This document shows, piece by piece, positions 34,711-47,600 of a stretch of 64,000 nucleotides of DNA (within the stretch, counting starts at the first letter, position 1; every line of letters starts with the position of its first letter). Made by a program: the position numbers and the translations under genes. This stretch comes from Heterodontus francisci (lineage: Eukaryota), in assembly GCF_036365525.1 (NCBI RefSeq), contig NC_090399.1, positions 49,570,430 through 49,634,429 of the forward strand, written 5' to 3'. The notes under the pieces are model-generated. The model had not been told where the DNA came from, searched no databases, and saw only the letters and a program-made list of their open reading frames with translations.

Positions 34711-35649
34711 AATGTGTGGCCCACCCCATCTGGTTTTCACTCTATGGTCAGCACAGGTGAGGCTTAACATCTAGATGGTAAAGATGGAAATCTGTCCCTT
34801 GGCCTTCCTCTTGTGTGCCATGTGATGTAATGTTAGAAGAATTGGGTTCACAGTTGCATTTTGACGGTTTGGGAACAGAAATAACCTGTGCTTGTGGTTA
34901 GTGAAATCAGTAAGTTGCTTGCAACATTTTGTTGTGAAGTGTACAATGGTACTTCTCCCCCCTCTCTCTCTCTCTGTGCCCCCCCTCTCTTTGTTGGTAT
35001 TTTTGGTTTCCAACAAAGAGGAAATGTGTCCCTCTGATCTGTGCTGAGGTTGTTCATTTCAGCCAAGGCTGTGACCTGCTGGGATGAGTGATTCGAATTA
35101 GTCGCTGTGTGCTGACACATCCGAGGTACCCATTGCCTGACCTTATTGAGTGCCCATCACTAGAAGATCCTTGTGTGCTGATGTTGGATCAGTCTGTGCT
35201 GCCCCTCATAGTGGAATATCCCATTGATTATCAGCATACAGGCTCACACCTGAAAATAATCTCGTCAGCGAAATGGGAAATATTACTCTTGAAGTTGATT
35301 TCAACTATTGGATGGTCAACAAGGAGAGTACATCCTGCCCTCTCCAGCAGCAAACAGGCACTGCCCACAGTGAAGCCTCAGCATCCAAATGTAGCTTGCA
35401 GACTAAAGGGCAGTGTAAAATTAAATGGCACAGGGGGCACTGGGCAGACAACAAAGGAGGTGTAGAGTACACGGGTGGCAGCAAGACAGATGGGAGATAC
35501 TGGGAGTGACAACATAATAACTGGGCAGGCGTCGGTGACAGGAGGGTAGATGGGGGTGCCCAACGGGACAGCAGGGAAACATGGTTTGCACAGGTGGTAG
35601 CAACATTGGTGGGGGTGCCTCTGATAACAGCAGGGAAAGTGGAGGTTCA

Positions 35650-38600
35650 CGTGGTGACAGCAGGATATTTGGAGGACCCGGAGTGAGAGCAGGGTAGGTG
35701 GGGGGTCCCGGGGTGAGAGTAGGGTAAGTGGGGGGTCCCGGGGTGAGAGTAGGCTAAGTGCAGGGTCCCGGGGTGAAAGTAGGATAAGTGCGGGGTCCCG
35801 GGGTGAGAGTAGGGTAAGTGCGGGGTCCCGGGGTGAGAGCAGGGTAAGTGGGGGGTCCCGGGGTGACAGCAGGGTAAGTCAGGGATCCCAGGGTGACAGC
35901 AGGGTAAGTGCGGGGTCCTGGGGTGAAAGTAGGGTAAGTGGGGGGTCCCGGGGTGAGAGTCGGTTAAATGCGGTGTCCCGGGGTGAGAGTAGGGTAAGTC
36001 AGGGATCCCAGGATGAGAGTAGGATAAGTGCGCGGTCCCGGGGTGAGAGTAGGGTAAGACAGGGATCCCGGGGTAAGAGTAGGGTAAGTGGGGGGTCTCG
36101 GGGTGAGAGTAGGGTAAGTGCGGGGACCCGGGGTGAAGGTAGGGTACGTGCGGGGTCCCGGGGTGAAAGTAGATTAAGTGCGGGGTCCCGGGGTGAAAGT
36201 AGGGTAAGTGCGGGGTCCCGGGGTGAGAGTAGGATAAGTGCAGGGTCCCGGGGTGAGAGTAGGGTAAGTGCGGGGTCCCGGGGTGAGAGTAGGGTAAGTG
36301 CGGGGTCCCAGGGTGAGAGTAGGGTAAGTGCGGGGTCCCGGGGTGAGAGTAGGGCAAGTGGGGGGTCCCAGGGTGAGAGTAGGGTAAGTGCAGGGGGTCC
36401 CGGGGTGAAAGTAGGGTAAGTGCGGTGTCCCGGGGTGAGAGTAGGATAAGTGCGGGGTCCCAGGGTGAGAGTAGGGTAAGTGCGGGGTCCCGGGGTGAGA
36501 GTAGGTTACGTGCGGGGTCCCAGGGTGAGAGTAGGATAACTGTGGGGTCCCGGGGTGAGAGTAGGGTAAGTGCGGGGTCCCAGGGTGAAAGTAGGATAAG
36601 TGCGGGGTCCCGGGGTGAGAGCAGGGTAAGTGGGGGGTCCCGGGGTGAGAGCAGGGTAAGTGCGGGGTCCCGGGGTGAGAGCAGGGTAAGTGCCGGGTCC
36701 CGGGGTGACAGCAGGGTAAGTGCGGGGTCCTGGGGTGAAAGTAGGGTACGTGTGGGGTCCCGGGGTGAGAGTAGGGTAAGTGCGGGGTCCCGGGGTGAGA
36801 GTGGGGTAAGTGCGGGGTCCCAGGGTGAGAGTAGGGTAAGTGGGGGGTCCCGGGGTGAGAGTAGGGTAAGTGGGGGGTCCCAGGGTGAGAGTAGGTTATG
36901 TGCGGGGTCCCGGGGTGACAGCAGGGTAAGTCAGGGATCCCAGGGTGACAGCAGGGTAAGTGCGGGGTCCCGGGGTGAGAGTAGGGTATGTGGGGTGTCC
37001 CGGGGTGAAAGTAGGGTAAGTGCGGGGTCCCGGGGTGAGAGTAGGATAAGTGCGGGGTCCCGGGGTGAGAGTAGGGCAAGTGGGGGGTCCCAGGGTGAGA
37101 GTAGGGTAAGTGCGGGGTCCCGGGGTGAAAGTAGGGTAAGTGCGGTGTCCCGGGGTGAGAATAGGATAAGTGCGGGGTCCCGGGGAGAGAGTAGGGTAAG
37201 TGCGGGGTCCCGGGGTGAGAGTAGGGTAAGTGCGGGGTACCGGGGTGAGAGTAGATTACGTGCGGGGTGCCAGGGTGAGAGTAGGGTAAGTGCAGGGTCC
37301 CGGGGTGAAAGTAGGATAAATGTGGGGTCCCGGGCTGAGAGTAGGGTAAGTGCGGGGTCCCAGGGTGAGAGTAGAGTAAGTGCGGGGTCCCGGGGTGAAA
37401 GTAGGATAAGTGTGGGGTCCCGGGGTGAGAGTAGGGTAAGTGCAGGGTCCCGGGGTGAGAGTAGGGTAAGTGCAGGGTCCCGGGGTGAAAGTAGGATAGG
37501 TGGGGGGTCCCGGGGTGAGAGCAGGGTAAGTGGGGGGTCCCGGGGTGACAGCAGGGTAAGTCAGGGATCCCAGGGTGACAGCAGGGTAAGTGCGGGGTCC
37601 TGGGGTGTAAGTAGGGTAAGTGGGGGGTCCCGGGTGAGAGTAGGTTAAATGCGGCGTCCCGGGGTGAGAGTAGGGTAAGTCAGGGATCCCAGGATGAGAG
37701 TAGGGAAAATGTGGGGTCCCGTGGTAAGAGTAGGGTAAGTGGGGGGTCCCAGGGTGATAGTACGGTAAGTGCGGGGTCCCGGGGTGAGAGTACGGTAAGT
37801 CGGGGGTCCCAGGGTGAGAGTAGGGTAAGTGTGGGGTCCTGGGGTGAAAGTAGGGTAAGTGCGGGGTCCCGGGGTGAGAGTAGGTTCAGTGCGGGGTCCC
37901 GGGGTGACAGCAGGGTAAGTGAGGGATCCCGGGGTGAGAGTAGGGTAAGTGCGGAGTCCCGGGGTGAGAGTAGGGTAAGTGAGGGGTCCCGGGTTGAAGG
38001 TAGGGTAAGTGGGGGGTCCCAGGGTGAGAGTAGGGTAAGTGCGGGGTGCCGGGGTGACAGCAGGGTAAGTGCGGGGTCCCGGGGTGAGAGTAGGGTAAGT
38101 GGGGGGGGTCCCGGGGTGACAGCAGGGTAAGTGGGGGTGTCCCGGGGTGAAAGTAGGGTAAGTGCGGGGTCCCGGGGTGAGAGTAGGATAAGTGCGGGGT
38201 CCCGGGGTGAGAGTAGGGCAAGTGGGGGGTCCCAGGGTGAGAGTAGGGTAAGTGCGGGGTCCCGGGCTGAAAGTAGGGTAAGTGCGGTGTCCCGGGGTGA
38301 GAATAGGATAAGTGCGGGGTCCCGGGGAGAGAGTAGGGTAAGTGCGGGGTCCCGGGGTGAGAGTAGGGTAAGTGCGGGGTACCGGGGTGAGAGTAGATTA
38401 CGTGCGGGGTGCCAGGGTGAGAGTAGGGTAAGTGCAGGGTCCCGGGGTGAAAGTAGGATAAATGTGGGGTCCCGGGCTGAGAGTAGGGTAAGTGCGGGGT
38501 CCCAGGGTGAGAGTAGAGTAAGTGCGGGGTCCCGGGGTGAAAGTAGGATAAGTGTGGGGTCCCGGGGTGAGAGTAGGGTAAGTGCAGGGTCCCGGGGTGA

Positions 38601-41600
38601 AAGTAGGATAGGTGGGGGGTCCCGGGGTGAGAGCAGGGTAAGTGGGGGGTCCCGGGGTGACAGCAGGGTAAGTCAGGGATCCCAGGGTGACAGCAGGGTA
38701 AGTGCGGGGTCCTGGGGTGTAAGTAGGGTAAGTGGGGGGTCCCGGGTGAGAGTAGGTTAAATGCGGCGTCCCGGGGTGAGAGTAGGGTAAGTCAGGGATC
38801 CCAGGATGAGAGTAGGGAAAATGTGGGGTCCCGTGGTAAGAGTAGGGTAAGTGGGGGGTCCCAGGGTGATAGTACGGTAAGTGCGGGGTCCCGGGGTGAG
38901 AGTACGGTAAGTCGGGGGTCCCAGGGTGAGAGTAGGGTAAGTGTGGGGTCCTGGGGTGAAAGTAGGGTAAGTGCGGGGTCCCGGGGTGAGAGTAGGTTCA
39001 GTGCGGGGTCCCGGGGTGACAGCAGGGTAAGTGAGGGATCCCGGGGTGAGAGTAGGGTAAGTGCGGAGTCCCGGGGTGAGAGTAGGGTAAGTGAGGGGTC
39101 CCGGGTTGAAGGTAGGGTAAGTGGGGGGTCCCAGGGTGAGAGTAGGGTAAGTGCGGGGTGCCGGGGTGACAGCAGGGTAAGTGCGGGGTCCCGGGGTGAG
39201 AGTAGGGTAAGTGGGGGGGGTCCCGGGGTGACAGCAGGGTAAGTGGGGGGGTCCCGGGGTGACAGCAGGGTAAGTGCGGGGTCCCAGGGTGAGAGTAGGG
39301 TAAGTGCGGGGTCCCAGGGTGAGAGTAGGGTAAGTGCAGGGTCCCGGGGTGAGAGTAGGGTAAGTGCAGGATCCCAGGGTGAGAGTAGGGTATGTGCAGG
39401 GTCCCGGGGTGAGAGTAGGGTAAGTGCGGGGTCCCGGGGTGAGAGTAGGGTAAGTGGGGAGTCCCAGGGTGAGAGTAGGGTAAGTACGGGGTCCTGGGGT
39501 GAAAGTAGGGTAAGTGCGGGGTCCCGGGGTGAGAGTAGGTTCAGTGCGGGGTCCCGGGGTGACAGCAGGGTAAGTGAGGGATCCCGGGGTGTGAGTAGGG
39601 TAAGTGCGGAGTCCCGGGTTGAGAGTAGGGTAAGTGAGGGGTCCCGGGTTGAAGGTAGGGTAAGTGGGGGGTCCCAGGGTGAGAGTAGGTTCAGTGCGGG
39701 GTCCCGGGGTGACAGCAGGGTAAGTGAGGGATCCCGGGGTGAGAGTAGGGTAAGTGCGGAGTCCCGGGGTGAGAGCAGGGTAAGTGCGGGGTCCCGGGGT
39801 GAGAGTAGGGTAAGTGGGCGGGGGGGTCTCGGGGTGAGAGCAGGGTAAGTGCGGGGTCCCAGGGTGAGAGTAGGGTAAGTGCGGGATCCCAGGGTGAGAG
39901 TAGGGTAAGTGCAGGGTCCCGGGGTGAGAGTAGGGTAAGTGCAGGATCCCAAGGTGAGAGTAGGGTAAGTGCAGGGTCCCGGGGTGAGAGAAGGATAAGT
40001 GGGGGGTCCCAGGGTGAGAGTAGGGTAAGTGCGGGGTCCCAGGGTGAGAGTAGGGTAAGTGCAGGGTCCCGGGGTGAGAGTAGGGTAAGTGGGGGGTCCC
40101 AGGGTGAGAGAAGGATAAGTGGGGGGTCCCAGGGTGAGAGTAGGGTAAGTGCGGGGTCCCAGGGTGAGAGTAGGGTAAGTGCGGGTTCCCGGGGTGACAG
40201 CAGGGTAAGTCAGGGATCCCAGGGTGAGAGTAAGGTAAGTGCAGGGTCCCGGGGTGAGAGTAGGGTAAGTGCGAGGTCCCGGGGTGAGAGTAGGGTAAGT
40301 GGGGGGTCCCGGGGTGAGAGTAGGGTAAGTGGGGGGTCCCTGGGTGACAGCAGGGTTAGTGCGGGGTCCCGTGGTGAGAGTAGTGTAAGTGGGGGGTCCC
40401 GGGGTGACAGCAGGGTAAGTGCGGGGTCCCGTGGTGAGAGTAGGGTAAGTGGGGAGTCCCGGGGTGAGAGTAGGGTAAGTGCGGTGTCCCGGGATGAGAG
40501 TAGGGTAAGTGGGGAGTCCCGGGGTGAGAGTAGGGTAAGTGCAGGGTCCCGGGGTGAGAGTAGGGTAAGTGGGGAGTCCCGGGGTGAGAGTAGGGTAAGT
40601 GCAGGGTCCCGGGGTGAGAGTAGGGTAGGTGCAGGGTCCCGGGTGAGAGTAGGGTAAGTGCAGGGTCCCGGGGTGAGAGTAGGGTAAGTGGGGAGTCCCG
40701 GGGTGACAGCAGGGTAAGTGCGGGGTCCCAGGGTGAGAGTAGGGTAAGTGCGGGGTCCCAGGGTGAGAGTAGGGTAAGTGCAGGGTCCCAGGGGTGAGAG
40801 TAGCGTAAGTGCAGGATCCCAGGGTGAGAGTAGGGTATGTGCAGGGTCCCGGGGTGAGAGTAGGGTAAGTGTGGGGTCCCAGGGTGAGAGTAGGGTAAGT
40901 GCGGGGTCGCGGGGTGAGAGTAGGGTAAGTGGGGGGTCCCAGGGTGAGAGTAGGGTAAGTACGGGGTCCTGGGGTGAAAGTAGGGTAAGTGCGGGGTCCC
41001 GGGGTGAGAGTAGGCTCAGTGCGGGGTCCCGGGGTGACAGCAGGGTAAGTGAGGGATCCCGGGGTGAGAGTAGGGTAAGTGCGGAGTCCCGGGTTGAGAG
41101 TAGGGTAAGTGAGGGGTCCCGGGTTGAAGGTAGGGTAAGTGGGGGGTCCCAGGGTGAGAGTAGGTTCAGTGCGGGGTCCCGGGGTGACAGCAGGGTAAGT
41201 GAGGGATCCCGGGGTGAGAGTAGGGTAAGTGCGGGGTCCCGGGGTGAGAGTAGGGTAAGTGAGGGGTCCCGGGTTGAAGGTAGGGTAAGTGGGGGGTCCC
41301 AGGGTGAGAGTAGGTTCAGTGCGGGGTCCCGGGGTGACAGCAGGGTAAGTGAGGGATCCCGGGGTGAGAGTAGGGTAAGTGCGGAGTCCCGGGGTGAGAG
41401 TAGGGTAAGTGCGGGGTCCCGGGGTGAGAGTAGGGTAAGTGCGGGGTACCGGGGTGAGAGTAGATTACGTGCGGGGTGTCAGGGTGAGAGTAGGGTAAGT
41501 GCAGGGTCCCGGGGTGAAAGTAGGATAAGTGTGGGGTCCCGGGGTGAGAGTAGAGTAAGTGCGGAGTCCCGGGGTGAGAGTAGGGTAAGTGCGGGGTCCC

Positions 41601-44600
41601 GGGGTGAGAGTAGGGTAAGTGCGGGGTACCGGGGTGAGAGTAGATTACGTGCGGGGTGTCAGGGTGAGAGTAGGGTAAGTGCGGGGTACCGGGGTGAGAG
41701 TAGATTACGTGCGGGGTGTCAGGGTGAGAGTAGGGTAAGTGCAGGGTCCCGGGGTGAAAGTAGGATAAGTGTGGGGTCCCGGGGTGAGAGTAGGGTAAGT
41801 GCAGGGTCCCGGGGTGAGAGTAGGGTAAGTGCAGGGTCCCGGGGTGAAAGTAGGATAGGTGGGGGGTCCCGGGGTGAGAGCAGGGTAAGTGGGGGGTCCC
41901 GGGGTGACAGCAGGGTAAGTCAGGGATCCCAGGGTGACAGCAGGGTAAGTGCGGGGTCCTGGGGTGAAAGTAGGGTAAGTGGGGGGTCCCGGGTGAGAGT
42001 AGGTTAAATGCGGCGTCCCGGGGTGAGAGTAGGGTAAGTCAGGTATCCCAGGATGAGAGTAGGGAAAATGTGGGGTCCCGTGGTAAGAGTAGGGTAAGTG
42101 GGGGGTCCCAGGGTGAGAGTACGGTAAGTGCGGGGTCCCGGGGTGAGAGTACGGTAAGTGGGGGGTCCCAGGGTGAGAGTAGGGTAAGTGTGGGGTCCTG
42201 GGGTGAAAGTAGGGTAAGTGCGGGGTCCCGGGGTGAGAGTAGGTTCAGTGCGGGGTCCCGGGGTGACAGCAGGGTAAGTGAGGGATCCCGGGGTGAGAGT
42301 AGGGTAAGTGCGGGGTCCCGGGGTGAGAGTAGGGTAAGTGGGGGGGGTCCCGGGGTGACAGCAGGGTAAGTGGGGGGGTCCCGGGGTGACAGCAGGGTAA
42401 GTGCGGGGTCCCAGGGTGAGAGTAGGGTAAGTGCGGGGTCCCAGGGTGAGAGTAGGGTAAGTGCAGGGTCCCGGGGTGAGAGTAGGGTAAGTGCAGGATC
42501 CCAGGGCGAGAGTAGGGTAAGTGGGGGGTCCCGGGGTGACAGCAGGGTAAGTGCGGGGTCCTGGGGTGAAAGTAGGGTACGTGTGGGGTCCCGGGGTGAG
42601 AGTAGGGTAAGTGCGGGGTCCCGGGGTGAGAGTGGGGTAAGTGCGGGGTCCCAGGGTGAGAGTAGGGTAAGTGGGGGGTCCCGGGGTGAGAGTAGGGTAA
42701 GTGGGGGGTCCCGGGGTGAGAGTAGGTTATGTGCGGGGTCCCGGGGTGACAGCAGGGTAAGTCAGGGATCCCAGGGTGACAGCAGGGTAAGTGCGGGGTC
42801 CCGGGGTGAGAGTAGGGTATGTGGGGTGTCCCGGGGTGAAAGTAGGGTAAGTGCGGGGTCCCGGGGTGAGAGTAGGATAAGTGCGGGGTCCCGGGGTGAG
42901 AGTAGGGCAAGTGGGGGGTCCCAGGGTGAGAGTAGGGTAAGTGCGGGGTCCCGGGGTGAAAGTAGGGTAAGTGCGGTGTCCCGGGGTGAGAATAGGATAA
43001 GTGCGGGGTCCCGGGGAGAGAGTAGGGTAAGTGCGGGGTCCCGGGGTGAGAGTAGGGTAAGTGCGGGGTACCGGGGTGAGAGTAGATTACGTGCGGGGTG
43101 CCAGGGTGAGAGTAGGGTAAGTGCAGGGTCCCGGGGTGAAAGTAGGATAAATGTGGGGTCCCGGGCTGAGAGTAGGGTAAGTGCGGGGTCCCAGGGTGAG
43201 AGTAGAGTAAGTGCGGGGTCCCGGGGTGAAAGTAGGATAAGTGTGGGGTCCCGGGGTGAGAGTAGGGTAAGTGCAGGGTCCCGGGGTGAGAGTAGGGTAA
43301 GTGCAGGGTCCCGGGGTGAAAGTAGGATAGGTGGGGGGTCCCGGGGTGAGAGCAGGGTAAGTGGGGGGTCCCGGGGTGACAGCAGGGTAAGTCAGGGATC
43401 CCAGGGTGACAGCAGGGTAAGTGCGGGGTCCTGGGGTGTAAGTAGGGTAAGTGGGGGGTCCCGGGTGAGAGTAGGTTAAATGCGGCGTCCCGGGGTGAGA
43501 GTAGGGTAAGTCAGGGATCCCAGGATGAGAGTAGGGAAAATGTGGGGTCCCGTGGTAAGAGTAGGGTAAGTGGGGGGTCCCAGGGTGATAGTACGGTAAG
43601 TGCGGGGTCCCGGGGTGAGAGTACGGTAAGTCGGGGGTCCCAGGGTGAGAGTAGGGTAAGTGTGGGGTCCTGGGGTGAAAGTAGGGTAAGTGCGGGGTCC
43701 CGGGGTGAGAGTAGGTTCAGTGCGGGGTCCCGGGGTGACAGCAGGGTAAGTGAGGGATCCCGGGGTGAGAGTAGGGTAAGTGCGGAGTCCCGGGGTGAGA
43801 GTAGGGTAAGTGAGGGGTCCCGGGTTGAAGGTAGGGTAAGTGGGGGGTCCCAGGGTGAGAGTAGGGTAAGTGCGGGGTGCCGGGGTGACAGCAGGGTAAG
43901 TGCGGGGTCCCGGGGTGAGAGTAGGGTAAGTGGGGGGGGTCCCGGGGTGACAGCAGGGTAAGTGGGGGTGTCCCGGGGTGAAAGTAGGGTAAGTGCGGGG
44001 TCCCGGGGTGAGAGTAGGATAAGTGCGGGGTCCCGGGGTGAGAGTAGGGCAAGTGGGGGGTCCCAGGGTGAGAGTAGGGTAAGTGCGGGGTCCCGGGGTG
44101 AAAGTAGGGTAAGTGCGGTGTCCCGGGGTGAGAATAGGATAAGTGCGGGGTCCCGGGGAGAGAGTAGGGTAAGTGCGGGGTCCCGGGGTGAGAGTAGGGT
44201 AAGTGCGGGGTACCGGGGTGAGAGTAGATTACGTGCGGGGTGCCAGGGTGAGAGTAGGGTAAGTGCAGGGTCCCGGGGTGAAAGTAGGATAAATGTGGGG
44301 TCCCGGGCTGAGAGTAGGGTAAGTGCGGGGTCCCAGGGTGAGAGTAGAGTAAGTGCGGGGTCCCGGGGTGAAAGTAGGATAAGTGTGGGGTCCCGGGGTG
44401 AGAGTAGGGTAAGTGCAGGGTCCCGGGGTGAAAGTAGGATAGGTGGGGGGTCCCGGGGTGAGAGCAGGGTAAGTGGGGGGTCCCGGGGTGACAGCAGGGT
44501 AAGTCAGGGATCCCAGGGTGACAGCAGGGTAAGTGCGGGGTCCTGGGGTGTAAGTAGGGTAAGTGGGGGGTCCCGGGTGAGAGTAGGTTAAATGCGGCGT

Positions 44601-47600
44601 CCCGGGGTGAGAGTAGGGTAAGTCAGGGATCCCAGGATGAGAGTAGGGAAAATGTGGGGTCCCGTGGTAAGAGTAGGGTAAGTGGGGGGTCCCAGGGTGA
44701 TAGTACGGTAAGTGCGGGGTCCCGGGGTGAGAGTACGGTAAGTCGGGGGTCCCAGGGTGAGAGTAGGGTAAGTGTGGGGTCCTGGGGTGAAAGTAGGGTA
44801 AGTGCGGGGTCCCGGGGTGAGAGTAGGTTCAGTGCGGGGTCCCGGGGTGACAGCAGGGTAAGTGAGGGATCCCGGGGTGAGAGTAGGGTAAGTGCGGAGT
44901 CCCGGGGTGAGAGTAGGGTAAGTGAGGGGTCCCGGGTTGAAGGTAGGGTAAGTGGGGGGTCCCAGGGTGAGAGTAGGGTAAGTGCGGGGTGCCGGGGTGA
45001 CAGCAGGGTAAGTGCGGGGTCCCGGGGTGAGAGTAGGGTAAGTGGGGGGGGTCCCGGGGTGACAGCAGGGTAAGTGGGGGGGTCCCGGGGTGACAGCAGG
45101 GTAAGTGCGGGGTCCCAGGGTGAGAGTAGGGTAAGTGCGGGGTCCCAGGGTGAGAGTAGGGTAAGTGCAGGGTCCCGGGGTGAGAGTAGGGTAAGTGCAG
45201 GATCCCAGGGTGAGAGTAGGGTATGTGCAGGGTCCCGGGGTGAGAGTAGGGTAAGTGCGGGGTCCCGGGGTGAGAGTAGGGTAAGTGGGGAGTCCCAGGG
45301 TGAGAGTAGGGTAAGTACGGGGTCCTGGGGTGAAAGTAGGGTAAGTGCGGGGTCCCGGGGTGAGAGTAGGTTCAGTGCGGGGTCCCGGGGTGACAGCAGG
45401 GTAAGTGAGGGATCCCGGGGTGTGAGTAGGGTAAGTGCGGAGTCCCGGGTTGAGAGTAGGGTAAGTGAGGGGTCCCGGGTTGAAGGTAGGGTAAGTGGGG
45501 GGTCCCAGGGTGAGAGTAGGTTCAGTGCGGGGTCCCGGGGTGACAGCAGGGTAAGTGAGGGATCCCGGGGTGAGAGTAGGGTAAGTGCGGAGTCCCGGGG
45601 TGAGAGCAGGGTAAGTGCGGGGTCCCGGGGTGAGAGTAGGGTAAGTGGGCGGGGGGGTCTCGGGGTGAGAGCAGGGTAAGTGCGGGGTCCCAGGGTGAGA
45701 GTAGGGTAAGTGCGGGATCCCAGGGTGAGAGTAGGGTAAGTGCAGGGTCCCGGGGTGAGAGTAGGGTAAGTGCAGGATCCCAAGGTGAGAGTAGGGTAAG
45801 TGCAGGGTCCCGGGGTGAGAGAAGGATAAGTGGGGGGTCCCAGGGTGAGAGTAGGGTAAGTGCGGGGTCCCAGGGTGAGAGTAGGGTAAGTGCAGGGTCC
45901 CGGGGTGAGAGTAGGGTAAGTGGGGGGTCCCAGGGTGAGAGAAGGATAAGTGGGGGGTCCCAGGGTGAGAGTAGGGTAAGTGCGGGGTCCCAGGGTGAGA
46001 GTAGGGTAAGTGCGGGTTCCCGGGGTGACAGCAGGGTAAGTCAGGGATCCCAGGGTGAGAGTAAGGTAAGTGCAGGGTCCCGGGGTGAGAGTAGGGTAAG
46101 TGCGAGGTCCCGGGGTGAGAGTAGGGTAAGTGGGGGGTCCCGGGGTGAGAGTAGGGTAAGTGGGGGGTCCCTGGGTGACAGCAGGGTTAGTGCGGGGTCC
46201 CGTGGTGAGAGTAGTGTAAGTGGGGGGTCCCGGGGTGACAGCAGGGTAAGTGCGGGGTCCCGTGGTGAGAGTAGGGTAAGTGGGGAGTCCCGGGGTGAGA
46301 GTAGGGTAAGTGCGGTGTCCCGGGATGAGAGTAGGGTAAGTGGGGAGTCCCGGGGTGAGAGTAGGGTAAGTGCAGGGTCCCGGGGTGAGAGTAGGGTAAG
46401 TGGGGAGTCCCGGGGTGAGAGTAGGGTAAGTGCAGGGTCCCGGGGTGAGAGTAGGGTAGGTGCAGGGTCCCGGGTGAGAGTAGGGTAAGTGCAGGGTCCC
46501 GGGGTGAGAGTAGGGTAAGTGGGGAGTCCCGGGGTGACAGCAGGGTAAGTGCGGGGTCCCAGGGTGAGAGTAGGGTAAGTGCGGGGTCCCAGGGTGAGAG
46601 TAGGGTAAGTGCAGGGTCCCAGGGGTGAGAGTAGGGTAAGTGCAGGATCCCAGGGTGAGAGTAGGGTATGTGCAGGGTCCCGGGGTGAGAGTAGGGTAAG
46701 TGTGGGGTCCCAGGGTGAGAGTAGGGTAAGTGCGGGGTCGCGGGGTGAGAGTAGGGTAAGTGGGGGGTCCCAGGGTGAGAGTAGGGTAAGTACGGGGTCC
46801 TGGGGTGAAAGTAGGGTAAGTGTGGGGTCCCGGGGTGAGAGTAGGCTCAGTGCGGGGTCCCGGGGTGACAGCAGGGTAAGTGAGGGATCCCGGGGTGAGA
46901 GTAGGGTAAGTGCGGAGTCCCGGGTTGAGAGTAGGGTAAGTGAGGGGTCCCGGGTTGAAGGTAGGGTAAGTGGGGGGTCCCAGGGTGAGAGTAGGTTCAG
47001 TGCGGGGTCCCGGGGTGACAGCAGGGTAAGTGAGGGATCCCGGGGTGAGAGTAGGGTAAGTGCGGAGTCCCGGGGTGAGAGCAGGGTAAGTGCGGGGTCC
47101 CGGGGTGAGAGTAGGGTAAGTGGGCGGGGGGGTCTCGGGGTGAGAGCAGGGTAAGTGCGGGGTCCCAGGGTGAGAGTAGGGTAAGTGCGGGATCCCAGGG
47201 TGAGAGTAGGGTAAGTGCAGGGTCCCGGGGTGAGAGTAGGGTAAGTGCAGGATCCCAAGGTGAGAGTAGGGTAAGTGCAGGGTCCCGGGGTGAGAGAAGG
47301 ATAAGTGGGGGGTCCCAGGGTGAGAGTAGGGTAAGTGCGGGGTCCCAGGGTGAGAGTAGGGTAAGTGCAGGGTCCCGGGGTGAGAGTAGGGTAAGTGGGG
47401 GGTCCCAGGGTGAGAGAAGGATAAGTGGGGGGTCCCAGGGTGAGAGTAGGGTAAGTGCGGGGTCCCAGGGTGAGAGTAGGGTAAGTGCGGGTTCCCGGGG
47501 TGACAGCAGGGTAAGTCAGGGATCCCAGGGTGAGAGTAAGGTAAGTGCAGGGTCCCGGGGTGAGAGTAGGGTAAGTGCGAGGTCCCGGGGTGAGAGTAGG

